NCBI RefSeq assembly: GCF_964355755.1
Contig: NC_092676.1
Span: 2,485,788-2,549,787 of the forward strand
Direction: 5' to 3'
Origin: Antedon mediterranea
Lineage: Eukaryota > Animalia > Echinodermata
DNA: 64,000 nt
Each line of letters opens with the position of its first letter. Position 1 is the stretch's first letter. Made by a program: the position numbers and the translations under genes. Shown in pieces: positions 38,701 through 52,500 of this stretch. The notes below the pieces were generated by a model. The model did no database searches. It worked only from the letters and a program-made list of their open reading frames with translations, and was not told the DNA's origin.

Positions 38701-39956
38701 TTATAACAGTTTCCCTCATTGAGAGCTTGAGTCAGAGTTAATAAATGTGCTTAGCAAAAAAATCATCTTAACTTTTAAACGTTTTTTAAGTCAATGCTTT
38801 TGCTTAAATCGGTTTCAAATTAACCTAAGCTAAGGTTTTTACCCTTTTTTTTTCAATTCAAGGAAAAACAAAACTAGTTTTGATCTATAAATAAAACCTC
38901 AGTTTTTCACTTAAGTGCTTAACTGTCTTTACTTAAGCAGAAGATTGATAAATTCCTGCACTTTTATGTAAATACTTGATTCAATTCTATTATTTATTTT
39001 TTCCACATAATTATTCAGTTTTTTTCAAAAATGAATTCTAGGTATTGGCTTGTGGTTTTGGGATTAAGGGCATATCACAGGCAAAGGTTCAAGCCAAGGG
39101 TTTTTGGTTGAGAGATAAATTTAGACTCCATCAACAGTTTCGTTTAAGCGTCTTTCATAATATAGGCCTCTGAAATTCATCGGCACATATTCAGCATATA
39201 TTTTAATATTGAATTGTATTATTAATGAATGTTGAAATATAGATAGTATCTTTATTTAGGGCATGATATTTTATGCAAACTAGTTTGAGGTATAAATTCT
39301 TTCTGCATAAAAAGGATTTTCATAACAAAACTGCAACAATAAATAAAATACACATTTACATTCTAATTAAAATGTCTTCAAATGCTTTAGTATTTTTTTA
39401 GATTTAATTACATTAGAATAACCCATTTCCCTCCCCTCTTTCTTCTTCTTAACAAAGAACATTTATGAAATAAAAATTCATGAATCTCATAGTTGAGTTT
39501 GAGATTAAAGAGATAAATTCTTATTTATTATTCTTAGGTATTATTTCAATGCAAATGCTATATTGTACGTTATTTGTAAATTTATGTCGTTCATTCATTC
39601 CCTTTATTTTGAATGATTATTAAACATATACTTCTGCTCATTTCCACTTCTCGTCTCTTTCTTCACTTTATTTATACCAGTTTATTTATATCCCACTTAT
39701 TCTAGTTTATCAATGTATAAATATTGCATGGTGATATAACATGATGTCAAATAGAATCAAAAGTATGACTCATATAATAATAAAAGTTCATTATTGAGGT
39801 CTTTCGGTTTCATTTTGTTTTTGTTATACAGTAGGTGAATAATAAGTGACTTTCTGGCAAAATAGAGTAGAGTAGTTTACAAAAGCTATCACAGCGCTTG
39901 ATTGGTTTGTGAGCATGTGCAGATGGCTATCAGTAATAATAATATTCACTTTTTAA

Positions 39957-40116
39957 AGCTCTGTCTACACTATCAAACTAGTTTGACAAAAAAAGTTTGA
40001 TGTTCCCAAATATGGTAGTGATGTGCCCAAAGATGGTAGTGATAGGACATCATCATGTCCATATATGGGCATATCATATTTGTTGTCACATAAAGTTTGA
40101 TAGTATAGATAGTGCT
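39957..40116 (+). mobile_element. MITE family A copy with TAA TSD
   Basis: taa|agctctgtc ... gatagtgct|taa. Confidence 0.85.
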
Positions 40117-40299
40117 TAAGTAAATAGAAAAGAAATGTAGTTTAAATATACAGTAATAAAGTATAAAGTTGGGTCAGAGAGCATGGTACAAAATGTTTAT
40201 GATTTTGTTTTCTAGGTACATTACATAATAATAAAAATAAAAGAATCCTTTATTGCAGTTTTACAAAACCACAAACAAAATTTAATGGAATGGTCTTTG

Positions 40300-40423
40300 A
40301 CCACATATCTATCTGTATATTCATTTTGGTAAAGATCTTGTAATTACTTTTTGAATAATCCTGCTAACAAATAAACAAACAAACACACGCTACCGATTAC
40401 ATATACCTCCTTGGCGGAGGTAA
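40300..40423 (-). mobile_element. End of a second HINE/Helentron-like family (ttacctccgccaaggaggt hairpin + (gttt)n)
   Basis: On the - strand: ttacctcc-gccaa-ggaggt hairpin followed by a gtttgtttg microsatellite and ttagcaggatta. Confidence 0.6.
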
Positions 40424-41164
40424 GCTAGTGCGTGTGAACACAACTTACACTATTGTGTGTGAACACATCTTAAATTAGTGCGTGTGAAAACAGCTTATGA
40501 ATGAAGAGTACAATATTTAACAAGCTAAAAAATGAAATACTAAATCAAATTTAATCTATTACATGCAATTAAACTGTCAATTACTTTCAAAGATGTCAAT
40601 CATATTATTAATGAACTTTGACATTTTTTTCTGACTAGATAATCTTTGTAAAATTTTGAAATAGCATTATAGCTATTTTTAAAATTTATATTTACAATTT
40701 GTTTTCACAGATTTTGTTGAAAAATGTTTTGATTTTATACATTGCATCTTTGTAATTGAATATTTAGCAAATAATAATTCATATTACTGTAAAATGTTTC
40801 TTTTTGTCTCAATTACTAAATGTCATTATTATTGATTAAATCACTTTTTGAATTAATAATCTTGCTAATAACCTGTCGGGCGTTATTGTTTTTTTTATTT
40901 TCTTTTCTCTCGTTAATTCGCGCCATTGAACCACGACCATCACTTCATTAGATTTCCTTAAAGTTTATTCACAACAAATAACAATGGAAAATTCCAACAG
41001 TTTTCGTCTTGTAATAATTACAAACAATATAAAGGGCAGGAAATTGGTTCTACTTGTTTTTACACGCTACATGTTCACGATTTGTCAAATTCTCTAAGCT
41101 CTAATAAAACCAATTTGTAAATTAATAAATTTTAAACAATTATTAATTTCCTTTTACTTTGTAG

Positions 41165-41406
41165 GCAGTAGCTTGTCGAATATGGAATATAACAATGGCG
41201 TTTACGAGGTAAATACGTCCGCCAACAGTAAGTTCATGCCATATCGTCCGGCTGCCCCGAATAAGAACATCGTAGGGTTGTGTGAAGAGTTGCGTTTAGC
41301 GTTAGAGAAAACCGGTGATGGGTTTGATGAATGGTCGTTGAAGGAGCAAGTACCGGACAAGACCAGAGCAGTGATTTTAAACTGGATTCAAGGACATAAC
41401 AAACAG
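41165..41406 (+). CDS. PPFIBP1: Liprin-beta coding exon: (G)SSLSNMEYNNGVYE...LCEELRLALE...LKEQVPDKTRAVILNWIQGHNKQ
   Basis: Polypyrimidine tract + tgtag acceptor, CAG|gtat donor, phase 1 in and phase 0 out. Resembles vertebrate PPFIBP1 (ALEYSNGIFD...LVEDLRGLLE...LRCQIPDSTAETLVEWLQ). Confidence 0.92.
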
Positions 41407-41540
41407 GTATATAAACTCTATTTCATTAATAATATCAAAACCAATTAATTAACTATTAATTGAGAGAATTGTGCCTGGTGTACATACTCTTCACTTTGTA
41501 TCATGAGCCCAAGTAAACAGCGGGTACTGCACCAACAGGG

Positions 41541-41658
41541 TTGTAATTGTATTAAACTACTTTGTAGTAGCTTTGCGTCGGGTAGTTGAGTAATTGGTCA
41601 GATTTTTTGCCCATACTCTGACGCAAAGATACTCCACAGTAGTTTAATACGATTACAA
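41541..41658. repeat. Imperfect inverted repeat with ~45-bp arms
   Basis: ttgtaattgtattaaactact...ctttgcgtc pairs with gacgcaaag...agtagtttaatacgattacaa. Confidence 0.85.
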
Positions 41659-41983
41659 TATAGAAGTATTCTATATTAAACCACTGATTATAGTTTTCGT
41701 TGTATGAATACTCTACCATTTTGCTGGAGAAACATCTTCATACTTTCATCCATTCATTCATTAAATTCATTCATTCATTTCTCTTTATTTCGGACTTCAT
41801 ATACTTACTCATAATTAACAAAAATCAATCCATATGATAACTACACACGAGTTTAACTTGACTTAACTAAAAAACAGAAGCTCTTTCTTTGTTTAAGAAG
41901 CTTCTACTATTCTACAAGAAAATGTTTACTTATGGTCTGACCTAGATGATCAATTTTTACCTTCTTCAATTCATACCGTGTAA

Positions 41984-42145
41984 AGCTCTGTCTACACTAT
42001 CAAATTAATTTGACAAAAAAGTATGATGTGCCCAAATATGGTAGTGATATACCTAAATATGTTAGTGATGACATCATTATGTCCATATATGGGCACTTCA
42101 CATTTTCTTGTTACATACATAAAGTTTTATAGTGTAAACAGAGCT
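41984..42145 (+). mobile_element. MITE family A copy
   Basis: Both TIRs, flanks taa / tta. Confidence 0.85.
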
Positions 42146-45100
42146 TTAAGATCATAATAATTTCGTACCAACATTTAGTTTATGTCTGTTCCTCATACTT
42201 TTTATTGAAGTTTATATGTTTATAAAAACGATTCAATTGATGTTTCTTGTATATTTTCATCAATTATGTTAAAATTATACAAGTGACTTACTGCTTCATT
42301 TTAACTTGTAGATAATTTGACACCTCATTATTTCCAATACGCATTACATAAAAGCTTACTAAATTGGCTACATAAAAATTATATAGTATAGGTTACAAAT
42401 CCATGAACAGCTAAAACAGCACCCTTAGGAATCCCAGATAGCACTACACATAATTAAAACATCCAGCTGTGATCTCTTGGCCTTTGCATGCCTTCCCGGC
42501 ATCATTCCGTACAAATCCCTTTCCCCCATTTGTTACTTAACCGCTTCGAAGTTGAGGAAGTCAAGGATAACCATGGCAGCTTAGTCCGTTGTGTGTCCAG
42601 GGAGATACGCAATCACGTGCTGTAACGATACTGGAAATATACGAGACGCTTCATGGAGGGTTGCTATTCTGCGATATCAATGCTTGCCTGATCACGAATG
42701 CTCACGGATGTGTGATGCCTTAAACAAGCTTGGTGGCGCCATATTAAGACGTGATGTCCGTAAATTTTTGCAACCTTATAGATGTTGTTTCCTAAGAAAT
42801 GGAAAATGTCAATCTGTTAAAACATTTTATAAAGTTTTGTGTTCATTTCTTTCATAAGAATCTGATACACCTTGTATATTTATCATTTGTCCAATTGAGG
42901 AGCATCTGAAACCTATAGCGTGCTACAGTATGACAAGAAAACATTTCATTTCTGCATTGTTTGACCTTTGACCCAAGTCATGTGATGTATATTTTATATG
43001 AATGTCAGCTTATATATCATAATTTGTAGATAATTACTATAGAAATAAAAAAATACAATCTTTCAAAATACATCATTTTTGATCAACATAATTATCACAT
43101 TTTTATAAATTTTAACTTTAGTCTGTTATAAATATCCTGATTGAATTAACATCTTTCTTTTCCTACACGATTAAATTATCGTAATATTGACCCAAAAAAT
43201 AATAATTTGTAATTACTTTGCCAGATATTCATACATATTTAAATCCAAGTTTACATTTCAATTTGTTAGAAAAACATTTGTTGTTGTAATACTGTTGTTT
43301 ATTATTCATAATGCGTTTGTGTTTATTTGTCTTTTTAGTTTAATTTTATCCAGGTACTTTAATAAATTCATAAAAGTTGATATATTGATTTTTATTTATT
43401 ATTCTGTATTTACTTTCATAATCTATGTTACCAAAGTACAGTTGAAATGGTTTATTGTTATTATTCAAATCAAAAGATGCATATACTCAACAGCACTTCC
43501 TTATTCTGATTAAACATCATTGATATACAAAGAATAAAGGATATTGTCAATGTCAAGTTATCAGTCATTTTATTTTTTAAAGATCATGTTTAAGAAATAA
43601 AATGAAAATATGAATAATAATTCCATCTGAAAATATGTACATGATGCCAAGGGGATCAAATATAAAGTTATAAATAACTTTCTTTCAAACTATAGAGGGC
43701 ACTATTAATAACCAACTGATATTAAAATTAATGGATTATTTGATCACCTTTTTGAATCAAAATATAAAAAAAACAGTATATTACAAAAACGAAATAATTT
43801 CTTGTTCCCTTTATCAAAATGTAAAATATGAGGAGAAAACGACTACTACGATTAATATTTTGTTTTAGAGAAATTATGTTTGAATTTATTTTAAAAGAAA
43901 TAGTGCCAAATAATTTACATGGTGAGTTAATACAACTAAATAATTAATACGATGATAAAAAAAAAACATTACATTAGTTTTGAATTATTTGTTGTTAAAA
44001 TGTTAGTATAAAAACAGTGACTGTAATATAGGAGATTGAATTTCAAGATTTCAAAAATTGTTGACGATTTATTGAATTTGATGTAATTGAAGAAGGAAGG
44101 GAGTGGGGGTAACTGATGTAAGCGATCGTGCTGACAGCCGATAGAATCCTTGCGGAAGTTTTTGTACTGGGAATGATAATTTTCTGACTTTCTTTCGACA
44201 GATGTTCAGTCATATACTAAACTGAGCATTTGGCAAAGTTGTGAAAATATTATCTCCAAGGAATATCAAATAATTTTATTGTTTCTTAATTCTTCTTGTC
44301 AATGTCATAACCGACCTAATTCACAAATTGTATTAATATTATTAATTTTCAGAATTAAATTCAAAACTTTATTTATATCGTTATTTTCAGTAATACATTT
44401 CCAACTGATATATGAAAATATTATTATTATTAATTTACATTTGGAACATTGTCAATATTTTTTTTGTTTTCTTACTTATCTTTATTGTTCAGTGAATGCT
44501 TGATATTGTGCAAGGTTTTAGATAACATTTTTATCTTTTTAAAACAATTTAGATTTTTATCATTAAATAGAAGAGGGAATTTATCTTGGCTTGTCTAATT
44601 TTTTTTTCTTAAAACCTCTGCTGCCCTCAATATGAATATGATTATAGAGGGAGACATTCATGTTGTTCTAAACTCAGAGATTGTGTGTTTTTAATTGAAT
44701 ATCCATCATTTTTTAATTGTGTTTTAATGATATTTTAATTTTTAAGTACAGTAAGTAGAAAGCTTACATTTATCTTGATTTACTGTCATACATGTTTGTC
44801 CCCAATGTATAGTTATTATACAACCATATAATAAGGCATTAGGGAAGTGTTTTACTCAATTTATTCAACAATCTATGCCACAACTCAAATTTAAAAACCT
44901 TTTAAACAAAATTGATACAATTAGTAAACTCACCTAGGTAGTCCGATGCACTGCTTTCTAAATTGATTTATATTTCATTAGACTTCCTAATATGGTGTTA
45001 TTTGTAATCAGGTTAATTAGCAATGACTAAAGTTCAATGTTAATTAATCCATTCAACAATTAGTCGGCGATTGGTAGTTATTAGCATAACATTATCATTC

Positions 45101-48100
45101 ATATATTGAAATTTATGATTATATTATTGATTATTAATATGAATCATTTATTGACAAGTTTATTAAAACAATAGAAGAGGGTCGAGAATTACAATAAATC
45201 AATAATAATGATGTTTGGTGGTTAATTTGCCTTCCAATCCCAAGATCCGGGGTTCAATCCTGACCTAGTGACAGGGTTGATGGGTATGAAATAAAAAATT
45301 AAACAAAAATATTTATAATAACTTAGTATTCTCTTCATGTTCCATTGTTTTTTTGTTATTAATTTTTACAAAGAACTAATCTTTAAAAACGTTTTATTTT
45401 TATATTCTCAAGGCTTCAAATATTTAAAGTAGAATGATCCATGGATTATGATAACATTTTTTTGCCCAAATTTCTCAATGAAGAATTGGTTGATAATGCA
45501 GCGACAATTAGTGTCATTAAACATACTTAAAGTAATAAAACAGTCTACAGACATCCCGAGTTCTAACAGTTGCCGAGACGTAACTCAACTAAGAGCAACA
45601 TCATAGTAAAGTACACCACCGAACTTCTTATAACAGGCTTTCTAATTGGTCAGGATGAGATGATACATATGCCTGATCTTGTAACAGAGTGTCCAATTGG
45701 TCGTGACTGAGAGTGACATGAAGTAATTGTAGGAAATTGTTAAACTCGTTCTTATGTTTGGCTAGGCTCATGGACTTGTTGTAAGTTTCCCCCTTGTGGG
45801 TATCCTATGTTTGGTATATGCTGTGTTTTTGTGCCCTCTTCTGAAATTAAGCTTAAAACAATCAGTCGCTTGGATTTCTTTATATAGTTTTTGGAATATT
45901 ATTATTATTAATTTATATTATTATTAATTGTTTAGGTAAGTTACTTTCCTTTTTTACTGTTTATGTTTTTAAATTAAAAATCAAGTTATTAAAATTAAAT
46001 TATAGTAAAGTAGTGTAAAAATTACCTGAATACCATTTTTCATACCAATTATGTACATGAGTTTATGCTAATTTATTTAAAATATGTTTTAAAAGTTATT
46101 GTCTACCACTAAATATGGCAAATACTAATTATAATTCCTTATTTAATTATGTATATTGTAAATTTATATAAAAACGGTCAATCAATTAATATTCACTGTT
46201 CAGTGTTATAAATGTATTAGTTGCTTACTTTTATTTATCAAAGAATATGAAAAGGAGTTGGGATTTATTACAATATTATTTTTATAAACACGCTCCATTT
46301 TCCAACTGACCTTTTGACACTTTTTCTGATATTTTAATGAATTTAAATTAACATTGACAACTTAGATATAATTAGCGTTTATCCATCAATATGTTACAAC
46401 CTTCCTGTGTCGCCGTGTTATGATGACATAATCAGTTGGGGTTTAATAGCATCTTCTATTTTAAGCTGCGATAACTACTTACACCTTTTCGAACTCAAGG
46501 TTCCTATAGTTGTTATCTAAAAATTTATGTCAATATGTCTGTGAGATAAAATCATGTTCAACATAAAAAATTATGCGATAAGAGCAGCATGGAAATCGTA
46601 CTATAGTAATACGAAACACACTAATGCAAAAGTTCTTAAAGAATTATTAGTCTGTTAATAATTAATATAGACTAAAATTAGATTTATTTCTTGGTTTTTT
46701 ATCTGGTGCATTGATTGTTAAGACTTTATTTATGCATAGCATATTGTGTTCTTGTTATAAACTCACTATTGCTAATCTTTCAATATCTCTCTAATGAATG
46801 AATAATAATAATTTCTGATTAGTTGCCATGAGATTCAGTATTCGCATAAATTAGATCCAAGAGTTGTTATTTTTTAATTAGTAAATTACCCATATTAAAG
46901 GTCTGTTTGTTTGGATACTATTGTTGGTCATTTTATTGTTAATCAGTTTTGTTGTTGGTATATAATCATCTGGTTAATTTGTCAACAGATGGCCGAATAT
47001 TAATATTTATTGCCTTGATATAAAATGAACATGTTCAGACACCTAGATAATTTATATGTGCAGTATTAAAGTAACATTTATAGCACTATAGTATCGTTTA
47101 AAAAATAACTTAAATTAACTTTTAATTTCTTTGTATATATTTCTCCATCTAAATCACCATCATCATTACTGATGTCTTTTTAACCCAATTTTTGTTAAAT
47201 GTTATACTAGTAGAAGTATAGTTACCATACTTTTTTGCCATAAAGTAAATATTTCTACTGGATTTGAACCTAAAACATTGAGATTAGTAGGCACACATGA
47301 ATGACCACCATGCTGCTGTGCCACTGCAATTATACAGTTTGTATACTGTTTAGGCAACAGGTCTTGAGAACAAACTTCTAAATGTAATTGATACAAATTG
47401 AATTCTATAAAAATGACCATTTATCATGTTAAATACTTGACCAATGGAGATTCAGTCAATTAGCACTTAGCTCTCACCTACGCATCAAGTTTACTGCTGA
47501 CAAAAGAGGACACGGATAATGACGGATTAACTGAAGACGAAAAGGGCGCATTCAATCACAGATAACCTTGTTGTGTTTATTACCAAGTATTCATTGAATT
47601 TTTCAATAATTTTCCTTTCATTATTTCTAAAGGTTTGTCTGTGGTTGACTCACAATTGTTTGATACAGTCTGCCTTTTTCTTGTTTTCGATATCATTGGT
47701 TGATCTGTTCAAGTGATGGTTATACGTGTCACAATAGCTCTATAGTGATATATTTCAATACAGTGAACTGGATATATTTTCTGTTTATTGTTGAGAGTGT
47801 TGGTTTGATTGGTAAGGCCATAATAGTGTTTTTATCCCACGGCTGATCTACTACCTTTAATAAAGTGTAAATAAAGGTAAGGTACTGTAACTGATAGTTC
47901 TAAGTAGAATAGATTTTGATATTTATGCTAGAAATGTTATGTTTCTATCAAGTTTTGGTGTGTCTTTGCAAGCTTTGAAGTTTAGTTTTTTGAGTACCTT
48001 TTTATTAATAATGACAACTCTAGAGGTAACAACCACAGTTAAGTAAAATCTTGTAGGCATGTTTTGTTTTATTATGCCAATGTAGTAGTCACATTCATAT

Positions 48101-48577
48101 CTAAAACTGTAACTTAAAGTTTTTGGATTGGTGATAGGTTAATGTTAAGTCAAAACTCATGACACATTTACCTCAAGCAAAACTACAGAAAAGCAAAGTT
48201 TTAATGGTCGGTGTCAAAGCATAAATCACATTCAAAATTTAATTGCTATTTGAAAATATCGTTTAATTAACTACATAATAAAGTTTAACAGCCGTTTTCT
48301 ATCTTATCTGCTCACATACAACCAACATCATGTAATCACAAGGCGTTTAAATTGACCTTATTAAACCAAATTTAGAATCTTGCAAACTTAAAATTGAACT
48401 CGAAGACAGTAAGTCTTAGTCTTATCTTTATAAAACAAGTTGTGTTATTTTGGGTGGTTTAAAGACTCCTGTGTAAATGGCCATTAGAAATGAAAGTTGG
48501 GTAAAGAGAGTCAGTGTGAAAAGAGATTTTAATTGAATAGAAATTTTCATTGCAACTCCTGACCTCAGAATGAATAA

Positions 48578-48720
48578 AGCTCTGTCTACACTATCAAATT
48601 AGTTTGACATAAAAAAATGCCAAAATATGGTAGTGATATGCCTAAATATGGTACTGATATGACATCATCATGTCCATATAAGGGCACATTATTTTTTCAC
48701 ATAAAATTTGATACAGAACT
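48578..48720 (+). mobile_element. MITE family A copy with TAA TSD
   Basis: Left TIR intact, right TIR partly deleted, taa on both flanks. Confidence 0.8.
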
Positions 48721-49480
48721 TAAGAAATAATATCAACCATACTTGGTTATAGTAATGGCAACCCTCAAATTTTGGAACATTTTAAAAATGAACTGGATTG
48801 ATGTTCTTTTCAAATGAACTGTGATAGGGCTGTCGGCCTCCTTTTTTTTACCATTGTGCGGTGACTTATGCATCCTGTCTCTATGGGAAACATTAATTGT
48901 GGTTACATAATTTAATGTTTCTTTCGTTAATTAATTTCCTCTCCAACATTATAGTTTCGTCTTTTAAATATCAGAATAATGTTCAAATATTTAAAATAAT
49001 CTAAAGTTCAACAATGTCTCCCCATTCGTCAAGACAAATATTTACTTATTTGTAATTTAATTTTATTGGTTAATTAAAAGGTCGAAGTTGACTGTTATCG
49101 TCCTGAACATTTGATGAGTAAATATTTTCAATGAAGCAACAGGGTGTGGGCGAATGGATTAGGTTGTTGTTTGAAGACAATGCATGAGGTGATGGTCACT
49201 GGTCAAGGTGGACTATTATCATATTGGGGCGTATTTAAAGTTAATTGATATATAATATATAATGTACATTGTATACCCTATGTTGGACGTGCCTTGTACA
49301 GTACCTGGATATACTGACGAAATCCTATTTCCCAAGAGAAGGCTATGATACAAAAAGATGGAAAGACTGATAATGAACTTGTCTGCCAACCCCGCTCTTA
49401 CGTGAAAGTCACACAACATACCACCACCAGCATTTCTTTTTGCAACACTGTTGAGAATAGTTTGATAACTCGACTGGAAC

Positions 49481-49572
49481 ACCCTAAGCACTACCCCTTA
49501 GACACTATGCGACACTCTAAGCACTACCCCTTAGACACCATGCGGCACCCTAAGAAGCACCTCCTTTAGACC
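49481..49572. repeat. 33-bp tandem repeat, about 2.7 copies
   Basis: ctaagcactacccc-ttagacac(t/c)atgcg repeated. Confidence 0.8.
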
Positions 49573-52500
49573 TTTAGTTGTCGTACAGTAGCATACAGTA
49601 GGAAGGCACTCCCCACCCATAAAATCAAAGGATCATGTGATTATTCAAAATATGTTTTAAGCTACTTTATTTCTTCATTGCGGAAACAAATATAGTATTT
49701 TCTATCAAAGTATTTTACTATAGAATGCTATTGAAAGTGTAATGAATGATTTGAACAATGTGAACTCAATTCATTGCCGACAAGATGACCTCTGACCTGA
49801 GGTAAATGTTATAGTAATACTTTCTTTAGGTACGTCGGTATGTCAAACCTTACCTCATAATACTTTCTGTTGAATAACTTGCCTTTCCTTTCCAAAACAA
49901 CAATTTTGTATTTTCAAAGTTTTGAACTGGAATCTCCATACAACAAGCTGTATTTGTTTTACTCGAGCTCCTATTATTGTATAGAGGCACACATCAGTCA
50001 GTATTTTGTACTTACCTTATTTTACACTCTCATTTAAATATTTGTCTTGATAATAATAAAGAAAATTCTTTGTAATATATTATGCAGTAGAAATAAAATG
50101 TTTATTATATAATTAACAATTAACAATATTTCTAGTTTTTCCTTATTTTGTTGAGTTTATACTGTACATAAAAGTTGTCTTTATTCATATTCAAAATTCT
50201 TTCTAGTAATATTATTGATCCTTCATGATTTAGCCAATTCCTATTTAAAAAAATATATTTGATGCAATACGTTTGATGTGGGTAAAACATAACTAACCTG
50301 CTTTGTTCTCTTAATGACCCATTGTTAAACCAAATTATTTTCTTTTCAAAACCTAAATTGATTTTTAAAAATCCTGCGGGCTCTTTAAGTAAACTACTAT
50401 TAGGAGTCTTTGTCATTAGATAAAGTCAATTGTCGTAACTGTTGACGCGTAACATGTGTACGCTTTCGTGAGATTTTATGTTGCCTTTATTGATTGAATG
50501 TACAAATATTATTCTTTTAAATTCGTTTTTAGATCAATTGTGATCAAGGCGGAGTAGCGTCATCATCTTTATAAATTTCAAAGTTTTCTGGAAAATTACC
50601 TGAGGAAATTTGTGTGGTTAAGACTTTAGATAGAGGTTAAAAGTGCAATTGCAGGGCTTGTCTTCCGTATAAGATATTATAACATGCTTAAGAATTAATT
50701 GCTTTGCATGTTGCAAATTTTGTTAATTCAAAAAGCTTTATTCATTTGAAAACTTGGGGAAAATTAAAAGATATTTTATAAGAACTAAAATGTGCGACGT
50801 CACATTGTAAGGACTGAATTTTATTTTAAATGTGAAAATCTTCGATTTTACTCAATAACAATTTTTGAAAACTTGGGGAAAAAGATATTTTATATAAAAA
50901 CCAAATGTGTGACATTCAAATTACAAGGACTGATTTGTAATATTCTAAAACACTTAAATAATAGTTTAAAATAAAATATATTGATATTTAATTTGCAGTC
51001 AGTGTTTGGTTACATTCTGACTATCGTCTTAGAGTCTGTGTCAGTTTTGCCCCTTCAGACTAAGTTTCTAGACACGCTCACAAGGGACAGTTGTAATACT
51101 TGTTTTGAGAAATATTAAGACGTGTAAATCTCATTCTTGATGCCCTTTTTGTATCTATAATAAACACATTGTTGTTATTTTTTTGTTGGTTTATGTTGAT
51201 ATTTATGTATGTTTAGTAAACATTATTTATTATTTTATTTTCAATAAAAAAAAAATTGTGAATGTAAAGATGATCTGTATTATGTGATTATGGTTTTTAA
51301 TATGACCAGTTAGTGTTTAAAACACTAAAGTTTATTTTTAATAAAGAAAATTCCAAAGAAAGAAAGAATTTGTATTTATTACACTTAAAAATATATGTGC
51401 AAATTTACTAGTGAAATTAGTAAGCTTCAACAATTGGATTTATTTGTAATGGTATAAGAGAATTAGGTTTTTTTTTTTAAATATTGTGAAATTAATAATA
51501 CTAGACTTACTAATGCAGTTAATTACTAAATACTGTTACTGGAAAAAAGTCTTTTTAAACAATTATAAAAGATATTGGAATTTTAAATGAGGGGATTTAC
51601 CGTTTGAATAACATTTTAAAAGCGTGAACTTGAACCAAAATACAGAACGTCCCTGACCCGTCGTACAGGACGTAATCCTTGTCTGAGTTCCCTTTCAAAT
51701 TTAATTCCTACTATCTGTGTTTTCAAAAAGTATGTGTGCACTGAGGCGTGACATTGCAGAGCTGTAAACCTGATTGCTGCAGCAGCATTGTCTGGCTTTG
51801 TAACGTTATCGGTTTATGGCTTTGTTTCTGGTAATAAGCACACGGTATTGTTTTAATCGCATTATCCTCTCGCCTAATAGTCATCGTATTTGTTTATAAC
51901 GTGCTGGTAGTGGATCTTCTTCATGTCTATTTTTCACATTGATTTTTAAAATTGAATTATGACAATTTGGAATTTACCCTGTTGGAAATAGTAGGTAAGA
52001 AAGATCATTTGTTTTCTGTATTTTATTTGTTTCTTTTGTTTTTGAATGATTAATTGGAACAAAGATATAACAAAATTGTGTTTATATATTCTTTCTTCTG
52101 ACTGGATTGCATTTTCAGTTTTCTATTTTTAATGTATATTTTCTTAATTTATTATTTTAATTATTGTATAGTTATATAAGTTTTCCTTTGTTGCCAAAAT
52201 TGAATAAGTTCCAGTTAAAGTATCCAGTTATAACAAATCAAAAAATAAAATTAATATCTCTGCAAAAGGTGTTTATTGTATATAAGATTGAATTATGATT
52301 GACTTTTGTTTTTCTTTTTTCTCCTAAATTTCAGGGTGCACTTTTATCAAGCTCATTTCAAATTTGTATGCGTTTCCTTTTCATCTCTTTACTTTATCGA
52401 CCTATTTTTCTAATTCTTTATATTTTACGATTATGAATAAAAGTTGATTTGATTTGATGAAGAAGTAAAAGATTTGATAAGGTAGTGATTTTAAAAAGAT

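Noticed and set aside
41173-41448. ORF track call as a stand-alone 91-aa gene
   Set aside because: It is the internal liprin-beta exon 41165-41406 read through into the intron. The same applies to 57057..57248 and 59954..60160.
42591-42857. 88-aa Cys-containing ORF as an extra exon or nested gene
   Set aside because: GTG start, no clear splice sites and no recognisable homology.
43187-43513. 108-aa hydrophobic ORF as a membrane protein
   Set aside because: F/I/L-rich translation expected from T-rich intron sequence; TTG start.
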